From the NCBI GenBank assembly GCA_963803435.1, contig CAWDML010000001.1, forward strand, positions 1,824,001-1,888,000: a stretch of DNA of 64,000 nt, given 5' to 3'. A program made the translations under genes and the position numbers. Every line of letters starts with the position of its first letter. The stretch's first letter is position 1. Positions 10,282 through 20,373 of the stretch are shown here, one piece after another. The notes under the pieces were generated by a model. The model was not told the DNA's origin. It did no database searches and saw only the letters and a program-made list of their open reading frames with translations. This DNA comes from an uncultured delta proteobacterium. Its GTDB lineage: Bacteria > Myxococcota > Kuafuiibacteriia > Kuafuiibacteriales > Kuafuiibacteriaceae.

Positions 10282-10629
10282 AAGCTCGAGGTCTACCAGC
10301 TCGCCGTCGAGTATGCCGACATCGCTGAAGAGATCGCACAAGAACTTGCAACCCGGTCACGCTCACGTCCGCGATCAGCTCGGCGGGCATCCGATTCCAT
10401 CGTGAACAACACCGCCGAGGGCGCCGGAGAGTTCAATCCACCTGAGAAGGCTCGCTTCTACCGGATGGCACTTCGCTCTGGCACCGAAAGCGCCGCCTCA
10501 CTCCACACCTGCTTGAGGCGCCGACTCCCCAACGAGCAGAAGGTCCAAGCCGCCAGAGCCAAGCTCAAGCGCGTTGTCGAGATGCTCACGCGCCTCATCA
10601 AGTCGATGAACGCACGCCGGGCTGCATGA
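10282..10629 (+). pseudogene. Four-helix-bundle (23S rRNA IVP/bAvd-like) gene, 5'-truncated with compensating indels
   Basis: KLEVYQLA..ASDSIVNNTAEG..EKARFYRMALRSGTE; start codon lost; +1/-1 indels relative to copy 2. Confidence 0.85.
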
Positions 10630-10707
10630 TCGCCATCGGGCCATCGAGACCGGGACCCGGACCGGGACCCGGACCGGGCTCGCGGTAGCGCTACGCGCTA
10701 CACGCTC

Positions 10708-11685
10708 CTAGTCCTCAGCGGGCGCCCACCCCCCACCCCCCGACGTGATCTCCGATGGTGCGATCTTCGAGAAGTCGAACTTCCTCGCCCTCGCCTGCAT
10801 CTTCTCGATCACCTCGTGAAACTCGCCCGAGGCCTGCGCCCCCCGGATCGGATTGATCCGCGACACCACGAATGTCTTCAAGTACGGGCTGACGAAGCCG
10901 GCCTTCTTCATCTTTCCCACGACCTCGTTGACGGCGTCGTCGAGCTCGAGCACCGCATCGGCGCGGGCCTCGCGCTCGACGATGCACTCCGAGATCGGGT
11001 CGTCGAAGTAGCCCTCCACCTTCTTGAGAATCGGGTGGTAGGTCGACCCGGCGAAGCGCGGTCGCTTCTCGTAGGCAGCGCCGATGGTGAGGTACGACGG
11101 CTCCTCGAACTCGTTCTCGAACTGCGTCTCCGGGGGATCGCCCAGCTCGACCAGGGCGCGCGCCATTCGGATCACCTCGAGGGAGCGGTCCTTGAGGTTG
11201 GGAGACTTCTCCGTGTTGAGGGCCAGGATCTGATACGCGAGCTCGGCCGTCGGGATCAGCACGCCCAGGATCGTGCGCGCTCCCAGGCGCCGCATCGCCT
11301 CCCAGCGGTGATGTCCGTTCGGCGTCGCGTACGCGCCCTCGCCCGTCCGCACCACGATGATGGGATCGAGGTACCGCTGCATGCGATCGATCGCCGAGAT
11401 CAACTTCTTGACGTGGGTGTCGGAGAGATCGCGCTGGAACTCGATCGGCTTCACCAGCTCCAGCGGGAGCGCCACCACGAGCTGCCAGTGTCCGCCGAAA
11501 GGATCCCGATATCGCGCCAGCACCGTGCCGCCGTCCGCCTCCACGCGCTGCGCCAGCGCGTCGATCTCCGCGGGCGCCTCCTCGACGACCTCCGCCGGGC
11601 TCAAGCCGACAGTGGCGGCCCCCGCCTTCTTCCTCCGCGCCTTCTTCTTCGCCTTCTTCTTGCTCGCCGTCTTCTTGGTCGCCAT
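10708..11685 (-). CDS. ParB/Srx N-terminal domain protein
   Basis: PIEFQRDLS..YLDPIIVV..TPNGHHRWEA ParB-like motif; Lys-rich N-terminal tail; its TAG stop is part of the element's CTAG. Confidence 0.8.
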   Translation of the reverse strand: MATKKTASKKKAKKKARRKKAGAATVGLSPAEVVEEAPAEIDALAQRVEADGGTVLARYRDPFGGHWQLVVALPLELVKPIEFQRDLSDTHVKKLISAIDRMQRYLDPIIVVRTGEGAYATPNGHHRWEAMRRLGARTILGVLIPTAELAYQILALNTEKSPNLKDRSLEVIRMARALVELGDPPETQFENEFEEPSYLTIGAAYEKRPRFAGSTYHPILKKVEGYFDDPISECIVEREARADAVLELDDAVNEVVGKMKKAGFVSPYLKTFVVSRINPIRGAQASGEFHEVIEKMQARARKFDFSKIAPSEITSGGGGWAPAED

Positions 11686-11738
11686 GGAGGGCCCGGAAGC
11701 TAGCACGCAGGTCGGAGCTGGCCCACAATGCCCCGCCC

Positions 11739-13115
11739 GTGTTTCCGATCCAGGAGATCGACCGCTTCGCCGCGTCCTCGGGGATCGCGCTGTCCTGGCC
11801 CCTCGACTATCTTCACGAGCCGCGCGTCTGGAATCGCGAACGGCTGCTCGAGGAGGACACGGCACGCTTCGACGTCCGCACCAACCCCTGCGTAGACTTC
11901 GGGCGCCTCGAGGAGCGGATCCCGCGCTGCCGCTTCTCACCGAAGAACGAGGGCCAGGTGCAGGACACCCTGCGCTTCCTCCGCTCGGTCCATCTCCCCT
12001 ACAAGCTGCGCGGAGGCGGTCACTCCTCCGGAGGACAGACCTTGATCCGCGAGGGCGCGGTGGTCGACCTGCGCAAGCTGTCCTTCATCGATGACGAGGG
12101 CGGCGGCCTGGTCACCGTGGGCGGAGGGACCTGGTGGCTCGAGCTCGTCGAGCACCTGCTCCCGGACCGCCGCCCCCCGGTGCTGACCGACAATCTGCGG
12201 TCGACGGTCGCCGGCACGCTCGCCGTGGGCGGCTTCGGCGATACCTCGCACGTGTTCGGCCTGCAGATCGACTCGGTCGAACGGCTCGAGGTCGTCACGC
12301 CCGACGGCGCGCTCAGGCGGCTGTCCCGGGAGGACGAGCTCTTCGGTCTGGTGCTGGCCGGCCGCGGACAGCTGGGAGCGATCGTCTCGGCGACGCTGAA
12401 GACCATCGCGCGGCCCTCGACGCTCCTCGCGCGGCTCCTCGTCTGGGACCGCCTCGAGGACTTCCTCGTGGACGCCGGTGCGCTCACCGGCTTCGAGTAC
12501 CTGCGCGCCCGACGCTTCTGGGCGCCGTCGCGGGTGGAGGCGATCGCCGGCGGCTTCGGAACGCCGCCCGACGCCCCGCTCCGCGCCCTCGAGCGCGCCC
12601 GGATCTCACCCTCGTGGGAGCGGATCGATCTGCCGTCCACATACCGAGCGGATCCCTCCCCCACCTGGATCCACAGCACGCCGGCGGTCGAGATGACGCT
12701 CCCCCTTTCGTCCGCGCTCGAAACGCTCCGCGAGATCGATGCGCGCCTCGCTGCGAAAGCCCTGCTCCCGCACCTCGGCCACGGCGCCTCCGTATCGGTG
12801 ATTCCGCGGTCGTCGCTGCCGCTGGCGCCGACCCCGCCCGAGCCCTCGCTGCTCCTGGCCCTGCGGCCGCAGATGCACCCGAGCGAGGCGAGAGCGGGGC
12901 TCGGTGCGCTGCGCTCGATCGGCGCGCTTGCGCTGGCGGGTGGCGGGAAGCTCTACGGGGTGTCGGTCGAACCCGAACCGCTGGATCTCAGAGCCCAGTT
13001 CGGCGACGCGCTCGAGGCGCTGCTGGCCTCGAAAGCGTTGCTCGATCCGGAGGGCCTTCTCAATCCTGGACTGTTGGGGGCGGCGCGGCCAGTCTTTCCC
13101 GCGAGGCCGACATGA
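11739..13115 (+). CDS. FAD-binding oxidoreductase (VAO/cytokinin dehydrogenase-like)
   Basis: RGGGHSSGGQ covalent-FAD motif, TVAGTLAVGG, C-terminal DPEGLLNPG. Confidence 0.85.
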   Translation: MFPIQEIDRFAASSGIALSWPLDYLHEPRVWNRERLLEEDTARFDVRTNPCVDFGRLEERIPRCRFSPKNEGQVQDTLRFLRSVHLPYKLRGGGHSSGGQTLIREGAVVDLRKLSFIDDEGGGLVTVGGGTWWLELVEHLLPDRRPPVLTDNLRSTVAGTLAVGGFGDTSHVFGLQIDSVERLEVVTPDGALRRLSREDELFGLVLAGRGQLGAIVSATLKTIARPSTLLARLLVWDRLEDFLVDAGALTGFEYLRARRFWAPSRVEAIAGGFGTPPDAPLRALERARISPSWERIDLPSTYRADPSPTWIHSTPAVEMTLPLSSALETLREIDARLAAKALLPHLGHGASVSVIPRSSLPLAPTPPEPSLLLALRPQMHPSEARAGLGALRSIGALALAGGGKLYGVSVEPEPLDLRAQFGDALEALLASKALLDPEGLLNPGLLGAARPVFPARPT

Positions 13116-15025
13116 CTCATCAACTCGTGGCAGGGCTCGAGATCGGCGATATCGCCGAGTTCTTCGACGCCGTTCAGGAGGCGGCCGACCAGGCGGGCAG
13201 CGGCTTCGTCATCTCGATCGCGGACGAGCCCTCCCGGCTTCGCATCATCCACGCCAGCCAGGGAGCGGCCACCATCTTCGGCCGTCGCGCCGACGACCTC
13301 CGCGGATGCTGCTTCCCGGATCTGCTGGCGCCGGACGAGCGGGAGCGCATCAGGGGCGTCATCGTCGAGCGGAACCGCGGCGGCGCGCTTCCCACGCTGA
13401 TCCGGACCGCCATCCACCGCAGCGACGGCACGAGCGTCCCGGTCGACGTGGGAACGAACCGGATCAAGGTCGGCGGACGCGAGCTGGCCGTCACCTTCAT
13501 CAACGACATCTCCGAACGCCTGCGCGCCGAGCAGGAGATGCGGCGCTCCGAGGCCCGCTTCCGCACCGTGGTCGAGAACGCACCCGACGGCGTCACCATC
13601 CTCCGCGACCATCGGATCGCGTACCTCAACCCCACGGCCGCGCGCATGCTCGGCTTCGGCTCGGCCGAGGCCGCCCTCGGCGCGGACATCACCCAGCTCT
13701 TGATCCCAGGCGACGACGCGCGGGCCCGCGATCGGCTCGACGAGACCGTCCGCACCGGGAAGGCGCTCCGGCCCGGAACCGAGTACACCGTCCGTGCCCC
13801 CGGACATCCCGACCGCACCTTCGAGGTGGTGTCGGTCCCGATCGAGTTCGAGGGCGGCCCCGCCGTGATCGGATTCGCCCGCGACATCACCGAGCGCAAG
13901 GCGATCCAGCAAAAGCTGGCCCGAGCGGACCGGCTGGCCACCATCGGCGCTCTGGCCGGCGCGCTCGCCCACGAGGTCAACAATCCGCTGGCGTGCGTTC
14001 AGATGGCGATCGAGAGCATCGAGCGCGACCTCTCCGGCCTCGCGGTTCCGCAAGAGGAGTTGACGTCGATCAAGAATGCGCTCGAGGAGTCGCAGCACAG
14101 CATTGCTCGAGTCCAGCGGATCGTCCGGCATCTCGAGGGCACCTCCTCGATCGGCTTGGAGACGAAGAGCCCGGTCGACATCGAGAGCACGATCGAGCAC
14201 GCGATCAAGATCTGCGAGAACGACATCCGTCACCGGGCCCTCCTGATCCGCAGCTACGCGCCGGCGCCCCCCGTACTCGCCAACCAGGCTCATCTCGAGC
14301 AGGTGTTCCTCAACCTGCTGGTGAACGCCGCGCAGTCGTTCACCGACTCCGACCTCGCGAAGAATCAGATCCGGATCGACCTGGCGCACGCGCCCAGCGG
14401 CCTCGTCACCATCGAGATCGCCGATACCGGGTGCGGGATCGCGCCCGAGAGCATGGGTCAGATCTTCGATCCGTTCTTCAGCACCAAGCCGGCCAGCATC
14501 GGCACAGGGCTCGGGCTCGCGATCTGCCGGCAGATCGTCCAGGACGTCGCAGGCACGATCGAGATCAGCAGCGAGCTCGGCCGAGGCACGAGGGTGCGAG
14601 TCGTCCTACCGGAGCATCAGAGCCCCGCGCGCGCGACCTCGCCCGAAACGCCTTCTCCCCGACGGTCGATCCTGCTCATCGACGACGAGCCGGTCATCCG
14701 CGCGCTGTTCACGAAGCTGATCGAGCCGATCCACGAGATCGTCACCGCCGACAGCGCTGCCGCCGCGCTGGCCATCCTCGAGCACCGCCGCGACTTCGAC
14801 GCCATCCTCTGTGACCTGATGATGCCGGGGACGAACGGAAAGCAGCTGTACGAGACGCTCTGCCGGCGCTGGCCCGGCATCGACCGCCGCATCGCCTTCA
14901 TCACCGGCGGGGTCTTCGATCAATCGCTGACGCGGTTCCTCGCCGACGTGGCCAACCCGAAGCTCCTCAAGCCGTTCCTGCTCGCGGACGTCCTCAGGAC
15001 CGTCGAGCTCATCGCGAGGGGCTGA
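13112..15025 (+). CDS. Hybrid PAS-PAS sensor histidine kinase/receiver
   Basis: Two PAS domains, H-box LAHEVNNPL, N/G boxes (QVFLNLLVNA, DTGCG, GTGLGL), receiver ILLIDDE..CDLMMP; ATGA overlap with the upstream gene. Confidence 0.93.
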   Translation: MTHQLVAGLEIGDIAEFFDAVQEAADQAGSGFVISIADEPSRLRIIHASQGAATIFGRRADDLRGCCFPDLLAPDERERIRGVIVERNRGGALPTLIRTAIHRSDGTSVPVDVGTNRIKVGGRELAVTFINDISERLRAEQEMRRSEARFRTVVENAPDGVTILRDHRIAYLNPTAARMLGFGSAEAALGADITQLLIPGDDARARDRLDETVRTGKALRPGTEYTVRAPGHPDRTFEVVSVPIEFEGGPAVIGFARDITERKAIQQKLARADRLATIGALAGALAHEVNNPLACVQMAIESIERDLSGLAVPQEELTSIKNALEESQHSIARVQRIVRHLEGTSSIGLETKSPVDIESTIEHAIKICENDIRHRALLIRSYAPAPPVLANQAHLEQVFLNLLVNAAQSFTDSDLAKNQIRIDLAHAPSGLVTIEIADTGCGIAPESMGQIFDPFFSTKPASIGTGLGLAICRQIVQDVAGTIEISSELGRGTRVRVVLPEHQSPARATSPETPSPRRSILLIDDEPVIRALFTKLIEPIHEIVTADSAAAALAILEHRRDFDAILCDLMMPGTNGKQLYETLCRRWPGIDRRIAFITGGVFDQSLTRFLADVANPKLLKPFLLADVLRTVELIARG

Positions 15026-16068
15026 TGGCTCGGCCGGTCGCCATCCTCGGACACGGTCGCTTCGGGCGGGCGCTCGGCGGTCTGCTCCGCGACGCCGACA
15101 TCCCGCATCGCGCGCTCGATCCGGCGCACCCTCCCCCGGAGGAGGTCCGGGCCGATTCGATCGCCGAGCTCGTCGCCGATTCGGAGCTGGTGGTGGTGGC
15201 GGTGCCGGTCACCGCCGTCGCGGCCGCCCTCGAAGCGCTTCGACCGGCGCTGACGCCGTCGCACCTGGTCCTCGACGTCGGCAGCGTCAAGCTCGGCCCC
15301 GAGGCCGCGCTCCGCCAGGTCCTCGGCGAGGCGATCCCGTGGGCCGCCACTCACCCGCTGTTCGGACCCGCGAGCCTGGCGCGCGGTGAACGTCCGCTCC
15401 GCGTCGTGGTGTGCCCCAATCGCCTCCACCCGGACGCCGCCGATCGCGCGAGCGACTTCTACGCGAAAATCGGGTGTGAAGTGCTCGCGCTGGACGCCGA
15501 GGCCCACGATCGCGCCATGGCCGACACCCACGCGCTCGCCTTCTTCGTGGCCAAGGCGCTGATGGATCTCGGCGTGGAGACGCACCCGTTCGCACCGCCC
15601 TCGTTCCAGGCGATGGCGCGCACCATCGAGGCGGTCCGCGCGGACGCCGGGCACCTCTTCCAGGCGATCCAGAGCGAGAACGAGTTCGCGCCGGCGTCTC
15701 GACGCCGCCTGATCGACGCGCTCGAGAGCATCGATGACCACCTCTCGCAGGCCCCCGGCGCGTCCTCGGAGGCGTTCTTCTCGATCCCCGACCTCGGCAT
15801 CAAGGCGCCGGACCTTCTGGAGACGCGGGATCTGATCGACGAGCTCGACGGCGAGCTGGTCCGCCTACTGGCGCGACGATCCCAGCTCAGCCTCCGCGCC
15901 GGTCGGGCCAAGGCGGGCCGGGCCGTTCGCGATCCCGAGCGGGAGCGCGCCCTGCTCGAGGCGCGCGGGCGTCAGGCCGAGGAGCTCGGGCTCGATCCGA
16001 AGGCGGTCCGCGAGATCTTCGAGGCGATCCTGCGCCACTCGCGGCGTGTGCAAAGGAGCGATCCATGA
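15025..16068 (+). CDS. tyrA: Prephenate dehydrogenase with C-terminal chorismate mutase domain
   Basis: GxGxxG, DVGSVK, THPLFGP, HDRAMA; C-terminal AroQ-like RDLIDELDGELVRLLARR..RDPERE. Confidence 0.88.
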   Translation: MARPVAILGHGRFGRALGGLLRDADIPHRALDPAHPPPEEVRADSIAELVADSELVVVAVPVTAVAAALEALRPALTPSHLVLDVGSVKLGPEAALRQVLGEAIPWAATHPLFGPASLARGERPLRVVVCPNRLHPDAADRASDFYAKIGCEVLALDAEAHDRAMADTHALAFFVAKALMDLGVETHPFAPPSFQAMARTIEAVRADAGHLFQAIQSENEFAPASRRRLIDALESIDDHLSQAPGASSEAFFSIPDLGIKAPDLLETRDLIDELDGELVRLLARRSQLSLRAGRAKAGRAVRDPERERALLEARGRQAEELGLDPKAVREIFEAILRHSRRVQRSDP

Positions 16069-17174
16069 TCATCATGCTCGAGCCCGATCGGAGCGATCTG
16101 AAGGCGCTGGTCGCCAAGGTCGTGGAGGTGGCCGCCGCCTATCCGGGAGTGACCGCCAAGCCCTACGAGTTCTCGGGCACCGCCCATCGGTTCACGGAGG
16201 TGCACCTCATCGGAGAGACGCTCGCCGTTCCAGTCGATGCCTTCTCGGAGCTTCCCGGCGTGATGCGCGTGATCCGCGTGTCGACCAAGTATCGCTTGAT
16301 CGGACGCTCCGATCCGAAGGCGCCGACGCACGGCTTCGAGTACAACGGCGTCCGCTTCGACGACGACCACCTACAGATCTTCGCCGGCCTCTGCGCCGTC
16401 GATACGCCCGAACATGTGGATCAGATGATGGGTGCGCTCGCCGGCGCCGGGCTCGTCACCACCCGGATGGGCGCGTACAAGCCGCGCACCAGCCCCTACG
16501 ACTTCCAGGGCCTGGGCGCCGCCTGCCTCCCCTACGTGTTCGAGCTGGCTGGCAAGCACGGGATCAAGGTGATCGCGATGGAGGTGACGGACGCGCGCCA
16601 GGTCGAAGAGATCCGGATCGCGCTCGAGGACGCCGGCAACCCGACCGGAGTGATGCTCCAGATCGGGACCCGCAACTCGCAGAACTTCGAGCTGCTGAAG
16701 ACGGTCGGCCAGCAGCAGCAGTTTCCGGTGCTCTTCAAGCGCGGCATGGGGATCACGCTCGAGGAGTCGCTCAACGCCGTCGAGTACGTGGCCAGCGAAG
16801 GGAACCCGAACATCGTCTTCTGTCTGCGCGGCGTGAAGTCGCACCTCGGGGATCCGCACCGCAACTTCGTCGACTTCGCGCACGTGCCGGTGGTGAGACG
16901 ACAGACGCGCCTGCCGGTGTGCATCGATCCGTCGCACAGCGTCGGGAAGAAGGCCTTCGCGCCGGACGGCCTCAGCGACATCTTTCACGTCACCGGTCAG
17001 GGGCTCATCGCGGGCGCGACCATGGTGCTCATCGACTTTCACCCGCGGCCGGAGGCGGCGCTCTGCGACGGACCGCAGGCGCTCACGCTCGAGCAGCTCC
17101 CGGTCTTTCTGTCGTACTGCCGCCGGGTGCGAGGCGCGTATCTCGAGATCTGCTCGTCCGCACGGGACGAGTGA
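16065..17174 (+). CDS. aroF: DAHP synthase, type I-beta, with N-terminal regulatory domain
   Basis: AGLCAVD, GAYKPRTSPYDFQG, QIGTRNSQNF, PVLFKRG, IDPSH, ALCDG. Confidence 0.92.
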   Translation: MIIMLEPDRSDLKALVAKVVEVAAAYPGVTAKPYEFSGTAHRFTEVHLIGETLAVPVDAFSELPGVMRVIRVSTKYRLIGRSDPKAPTHGFEYNGVRFDDDHLQIFAGLCAVDTPEHVDQMMGALAGAGLVTTRMGAYKPRTSPYDFQGLGAACLPYVFELAGKHGIKVIAMEVTDARQVEEIRIALEDAGNPTGVMLQIGTRNSQNFELLKTVGQQQQFPVLFKRGMGITLEESLNAVEYVASEGNPNIVFCLRGVKSHLGDPHRNFVDFAHVPVVRRQTRLPVCIDPSHSVGKKAFAPDGLSDIFHVTGQGLIAGATMVLIDFHPRPEAALCDGPQALTLEQLPVFLSYCRRVRGAYLEICSSARDE

Positions 17175-17181
17175 CGGCTCA

Positions 17182-17835
17182 TCAAGCCGAGTACATGCCG
17201 GTCCCGGTGAGGACCAGGCCCGGCGCAGCGCGCACCTCGAGCAGGTAGACGGTGTCGGCGGCCAGCAAGGTCGAGCCCTGTCCGAAGCCGACCACCGTCT
17301 CGCAGGTGGTGTCGGTGCTCTCGGCCGACGCGATCAGAGCGCCCTGAACGCCGTTGTCGACCTGATACAGATAGAGGTTCGCCAGATCGACGCCGTCGCC
17401 CCAACAGGTCCCGATGAAGTCGTTGTCGAGGGAGGCGGCGTCGCCCGTCCGGAACACGAAGAAGTCGACGTCGGTGGCGCTGTTGATCGCCGTGAACGGC
17501 ATCGCAAAGCCCATCCACACCGGCCCCGCCAGGATGCCCTGCGGCACGGCGTGCGACGGATCGTCGTTCGGTTCTACGTCGGTCCACTCGAGGCCCGTCC
17601 CGGTGCCCGGATCCGGCACCAGCGCGGCCATGCCCACGTCCTCGACGCCGCTGTCCCCGCCGACTCCGATGTCCGCGACGCCGGTATCGTCGTTGCCTCC
17701 CGCGTCCATGGCGGCGTCCACCGGGCCACCCGAATCCCTGGGTCCGACGTCGCGCGTGCCCGCCGGATGATCACGGTTCGAACATCCCACGATCAACAGC
17801 AGCGCCACCGCGCTCCTCACCCGAACATGTCTCAT
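17182..17835 (-). CDS. Lipoprotein with PPC-like domain
   Basis: Lipobox IVGC, DAG linker, EPND and DVDFFVF motifs. Confidence 0.6.
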   Translation of the reverse strand: MRHVRVRSAVALLLIVGCSNRDHPAGTRDVGPRDSGGPVDAAMDAGGNDDTGVADIGVGGDSGVEDVGMAALVPDPGTGTGLEWTDVEPNDDPSHAVPQGILAGPVWMGFAMPFTAINSATDVDFFVFRTGDAASLDNDFIGTCWGDGVDLANLYLYQVDNGVQGALIASAESTDTTCETVVGFGQGSTLLAADTVYLLEVRAAPGLVLTGTGMYSA

Positions 17836-18854
17836 CGCTGGTTCCTCCTCGGAGTGACGTTGACCAAGAGGTCGATCCGTCGCTCCTCGAAGGCCAACAC
17901 GATCAGATCCGGATCTCCATCCTCCTGGTAGTCGACCGAGGCGATTGCGACCGGTCCCCGGGAGGCCGGGTACGTGATCGCGGATCCAAAACCGTCCGCG
18001 GATCCCTGCCAGATCAGGACGGCGTGATCGAACGGATCGACGCCCGCGAGGTCTCCTCGGCCGTCTCCGTCGAAGTCGGCGTAGACCAGGGCATAGACGC
18101 TGCCCCCACCGTCGTAGTGCCTCCGCTCCCTCAGATTTCTGAAGCTCGCCACATCGATGCCCCCGGAGCGACAGCCGATCGCCAGCGACTCGCCGGCGAC
18201 GGCGGCCGTGGACGGATCATCACAGACCGGGATCGGCCCGCCGGCGATCAGGGCCCCGTCTCGATTCTCCACCACCACGATCGACGCGCGCGGAGATTCG
18301 ATCACCACCAGATCGAGATCGCCATCGCCGTCGACGTCGGCGGGGAGCAGCGAGGTCGCTCCGGCGAGCGCCAGTCGCGCACCTCCGATCAGCTCGAGCG
18401 CAGTCTCGGATTCGGTCAGCCCGGTCACCACCGCCAGCGCGTCGCGACCGTCTCGCTCGAGATCGACAGCCACCAGCGCGATCGGGGAGGCGTCGAGCGA
18501 GATCGTGCCTGTCACCACCGCCGCCTCGGAGAGGACCGTGATGGATCGGCCGCCCGTATCGGCGCTCGCGATCTCGAGCCGCCCGTCGCCGTCGAGATCG
18601 CCAGCGGCGAGCGCGCGCGGACCATTCCCCACGGAGGTGCTGGAGGAGAAGGTCAGGCCCTCGCCGAGCTGGTACCGATCGACCGCGCTCGCGATCCCGC
18701 TGGCCAGGAACACGAAGCCGTCGGCGACGACCATCGCCCCCGAGGCACTGCGCACCTCGGAGGAGCGCGGCGGCTCGAACACCGGCGCCTGCGACGGCTC
18801 GGGATCCGGAGCGCCACAGGCGACCAAGGCCAGCACCAAGAGCTCGGATCGCAT
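17832..18854 (-). CDS. FG-GAP/VCBS repeat lipoprotein
   Basis: Repeated GDLDGDGRLEI / ADVDGDGDLDL / ADFDGDGRGDL; lipobox LVAC. Confidence 0.8.
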   Translation of the reverse strand: MRSELLVLALVACGAPDPEPSQAPVFEPPRSSEVRSASGAMVVADGFVFLASGIASAVDRYQLGEGLTFSSSTSVGNGPRALAAGDLDGDGRLEIASADTGGRSITVLSEAAVVTGTISLDASPIALVAVDLERDGRDALAVVTGLTESETALELIGGARLALAGATSLLPADVDGDGDLDLVVIESPRASIVVVENRDGALIAGGPIPVCDDPSTAAVAGESLAIGCRSGGIDVASFRNLRERRHYDGGGSVYALVYADFDGDGRGDLAGVDPFDHAVLIWQGSADGFGSAITYPASRGPVAIASVDYQEDGDPDLIVLAFEERRIDLLVNVTPRRNQR

Positions 18855-18948
18855 CGCGCCGATCATAGGTCGCCGTGGACTCGAAGCCACGGTCCCATCC
18901 GTGCCCCGACGTATTCCGGTGCGCCCTTCCATCTCGGATCCTCGGCCG

Positions 18949-20373
18949 GTGCGGCGGCTGGTTGCGTGTGGGTTGCTGGTCGCGAGCTGCGGGCCCCCGG
19001 ATCTCGAGATTGATCAGATCGAGTCCAACCTCAACGCCGCCCAGCGCCGCGCGCGCTGCCAGGTGATCCGGGACGTCGCGCGAGATCGCGGACTCACCAA
19101 CGGCGCGCTGCTCGGCGGCGTGGGCGACGCCGAGACGAACCTCGCGCACTGCTGGTCGGAGGCGACCTGGGCCTGTCAGGGCCCCGACTCCGCGACCTGC
19201 GGCGGCCCGGTCATCGCCGGCGCCGGCGACGGCCCCTGCAGCGCGCGCCAGGGCGGGCTGGGGCTCTTCCAGTTCGACGCCGGCACCTACGATCAGACGA
19301 TCGCGCGCGACGGCCAGGACATCCTCCTCCTCGAGGGCAACATCTCGCACGCCGTCGACTTCGTGATTGCGATGGTGCTGCGGTCGGAGCACATCGGCGG
19401 CGTGAACACGGAGGCGGAGGCGCTCGCCTGGATGAACCAGGTCCCGATCGCATCCGGCGATCCCGACTACGAGGCGTGGATCAGCACGGTCACGCACTAC
19501 TATAACGGCTGTGCCCCGACGTACTCGTGCTGGGACGAGCGCAGGGGCCGCTACGATGCCCTCACCCGCGGTGTCTACGCCGAGCTCGGTGCCGACTTCT
19601 GGATGACGCCGCCCCCCGAGCCCTGCCGGGTGCTCCCGCCCGAGGGCGGCGTGATCGAGGAGAACGACAGCTGCTATCGGGACGGCGGACCGGCGGCCTC
19701 GTGGCGCACCGCCGACGCCGGCCACGGCGGGCGCCTGCGCTGGACGTACGCGTTCGACGCCGCCGAGCCGGAGAACTTCGCGATCTGGAGCCTCGAGCTG
19801 AGCACGCCCGGCACGTACCGTATCGAGGTCTATACCGACGCCGCCTACGCCCACAGCAAGCGGGCCCGCTACACGCTCACGCACGCGGGCCAGACCGACG
19901 AGGTCGTGATCGATCAGTCCGCGGTCGACGGCTTCACACTCCTGGGCGACTTCGACTTCGAAGCCGGCGGCGGCGAGCAGCTCCGGCTCGACGACAACAC
20001 CGGCGAGCCACTCTCCAATCAGGCCGAGCTGGCCTTCGACGCGATCCGCGTGACGCCCGTGGAGCCGGACCCCGAGCCCGACCCACCCCCCGAGCGGCTC
20101 GCCAAGGCGCCGCCGATGCACAGCTCGGTGCGGACCACCTCGACGCTCGGCGACGGCGACCCGGGCAGCGACGATGGGCTCCAGCCGGGCGGCTGTACCT
20201 GCGCGACCGCCGCTCCGGCCCCGCTCCACGACCTTCTCGGCGGTCTCGCCTTCGTCCCGGAGGTCTACAGGCCGGCGGCGTCGAGGATCGCGCGCTCGGC
20301 ACGGTCGAGCCGTCCTTGGGCGCGCGCTTCGGCGTCGGACATCGAGTCGGCAGGCTCCACGACCTCGAGATAG
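18949..20373 (+). CDS. Lipoprotein with lysozyme-like domain and golvesin/Xly-like C-terminal carbohydrate-binding domain
   Basis: Lipobox VASC; AET..GLGLFQF motif; PGTYRIEVY..IDQS..LGDFDF..AFDAIRV; degenerate GGCxC tail; overlaps the convergent gene by ~110 bp. Confidence 0.6.
   Translation: MRRLVACGLLVASCGPPDLEIDQIESNLNAAQRRARCQVIRDVARDRGLTNGALLGGVGDAETNLAHCWSEATWACQGPDSATCGGPVIAGAGDGPCSARQGGLGLFQFDAGTYDQTIARDGQDILLLEGNISHAVDFVIAMVLRSEHIGGVNTEAEALAWMNQVPIASGDPDYEAWISTVTHYYNGCAPTYSCWDERRGRYDALTRGVYAELGADFWMTPPPEPCRVLPPEGGVIEENDSCYRDGGPAASWRTADAGHGGRLRWTYAFDAAEPENFAIWSLELSTPGTYRIEVYTDAAYAHSKRARYTLTHAGQTDEVVIDQSAVDGFTLLGDFDFEAGGGEQLRLDDNTGEPLSNQAELAFDAIRVTPVEPDPEPDPPPERLAKAPPMHSSVRTTSTLGDGDPGSDDGLQPGGCTCATAAPAPLHDLLGGLAFVPEVYRPAASRIARSARSSRPWARASASDIESAGSTTSR

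Larger units (their letters stand above)
9349..10707. mobile_element. IS1182-family/four-helix-bundle element, copy 1 (internal deletions and inversion)
   Basis: Terminal IR GAGCGTGTAGCGCGTA at both ends, CTAG on both sides (9345-9348, 10708-10711), transposase and IVP-gene fragments near-identical to copies 2 and 3. Confidence 0.88.
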
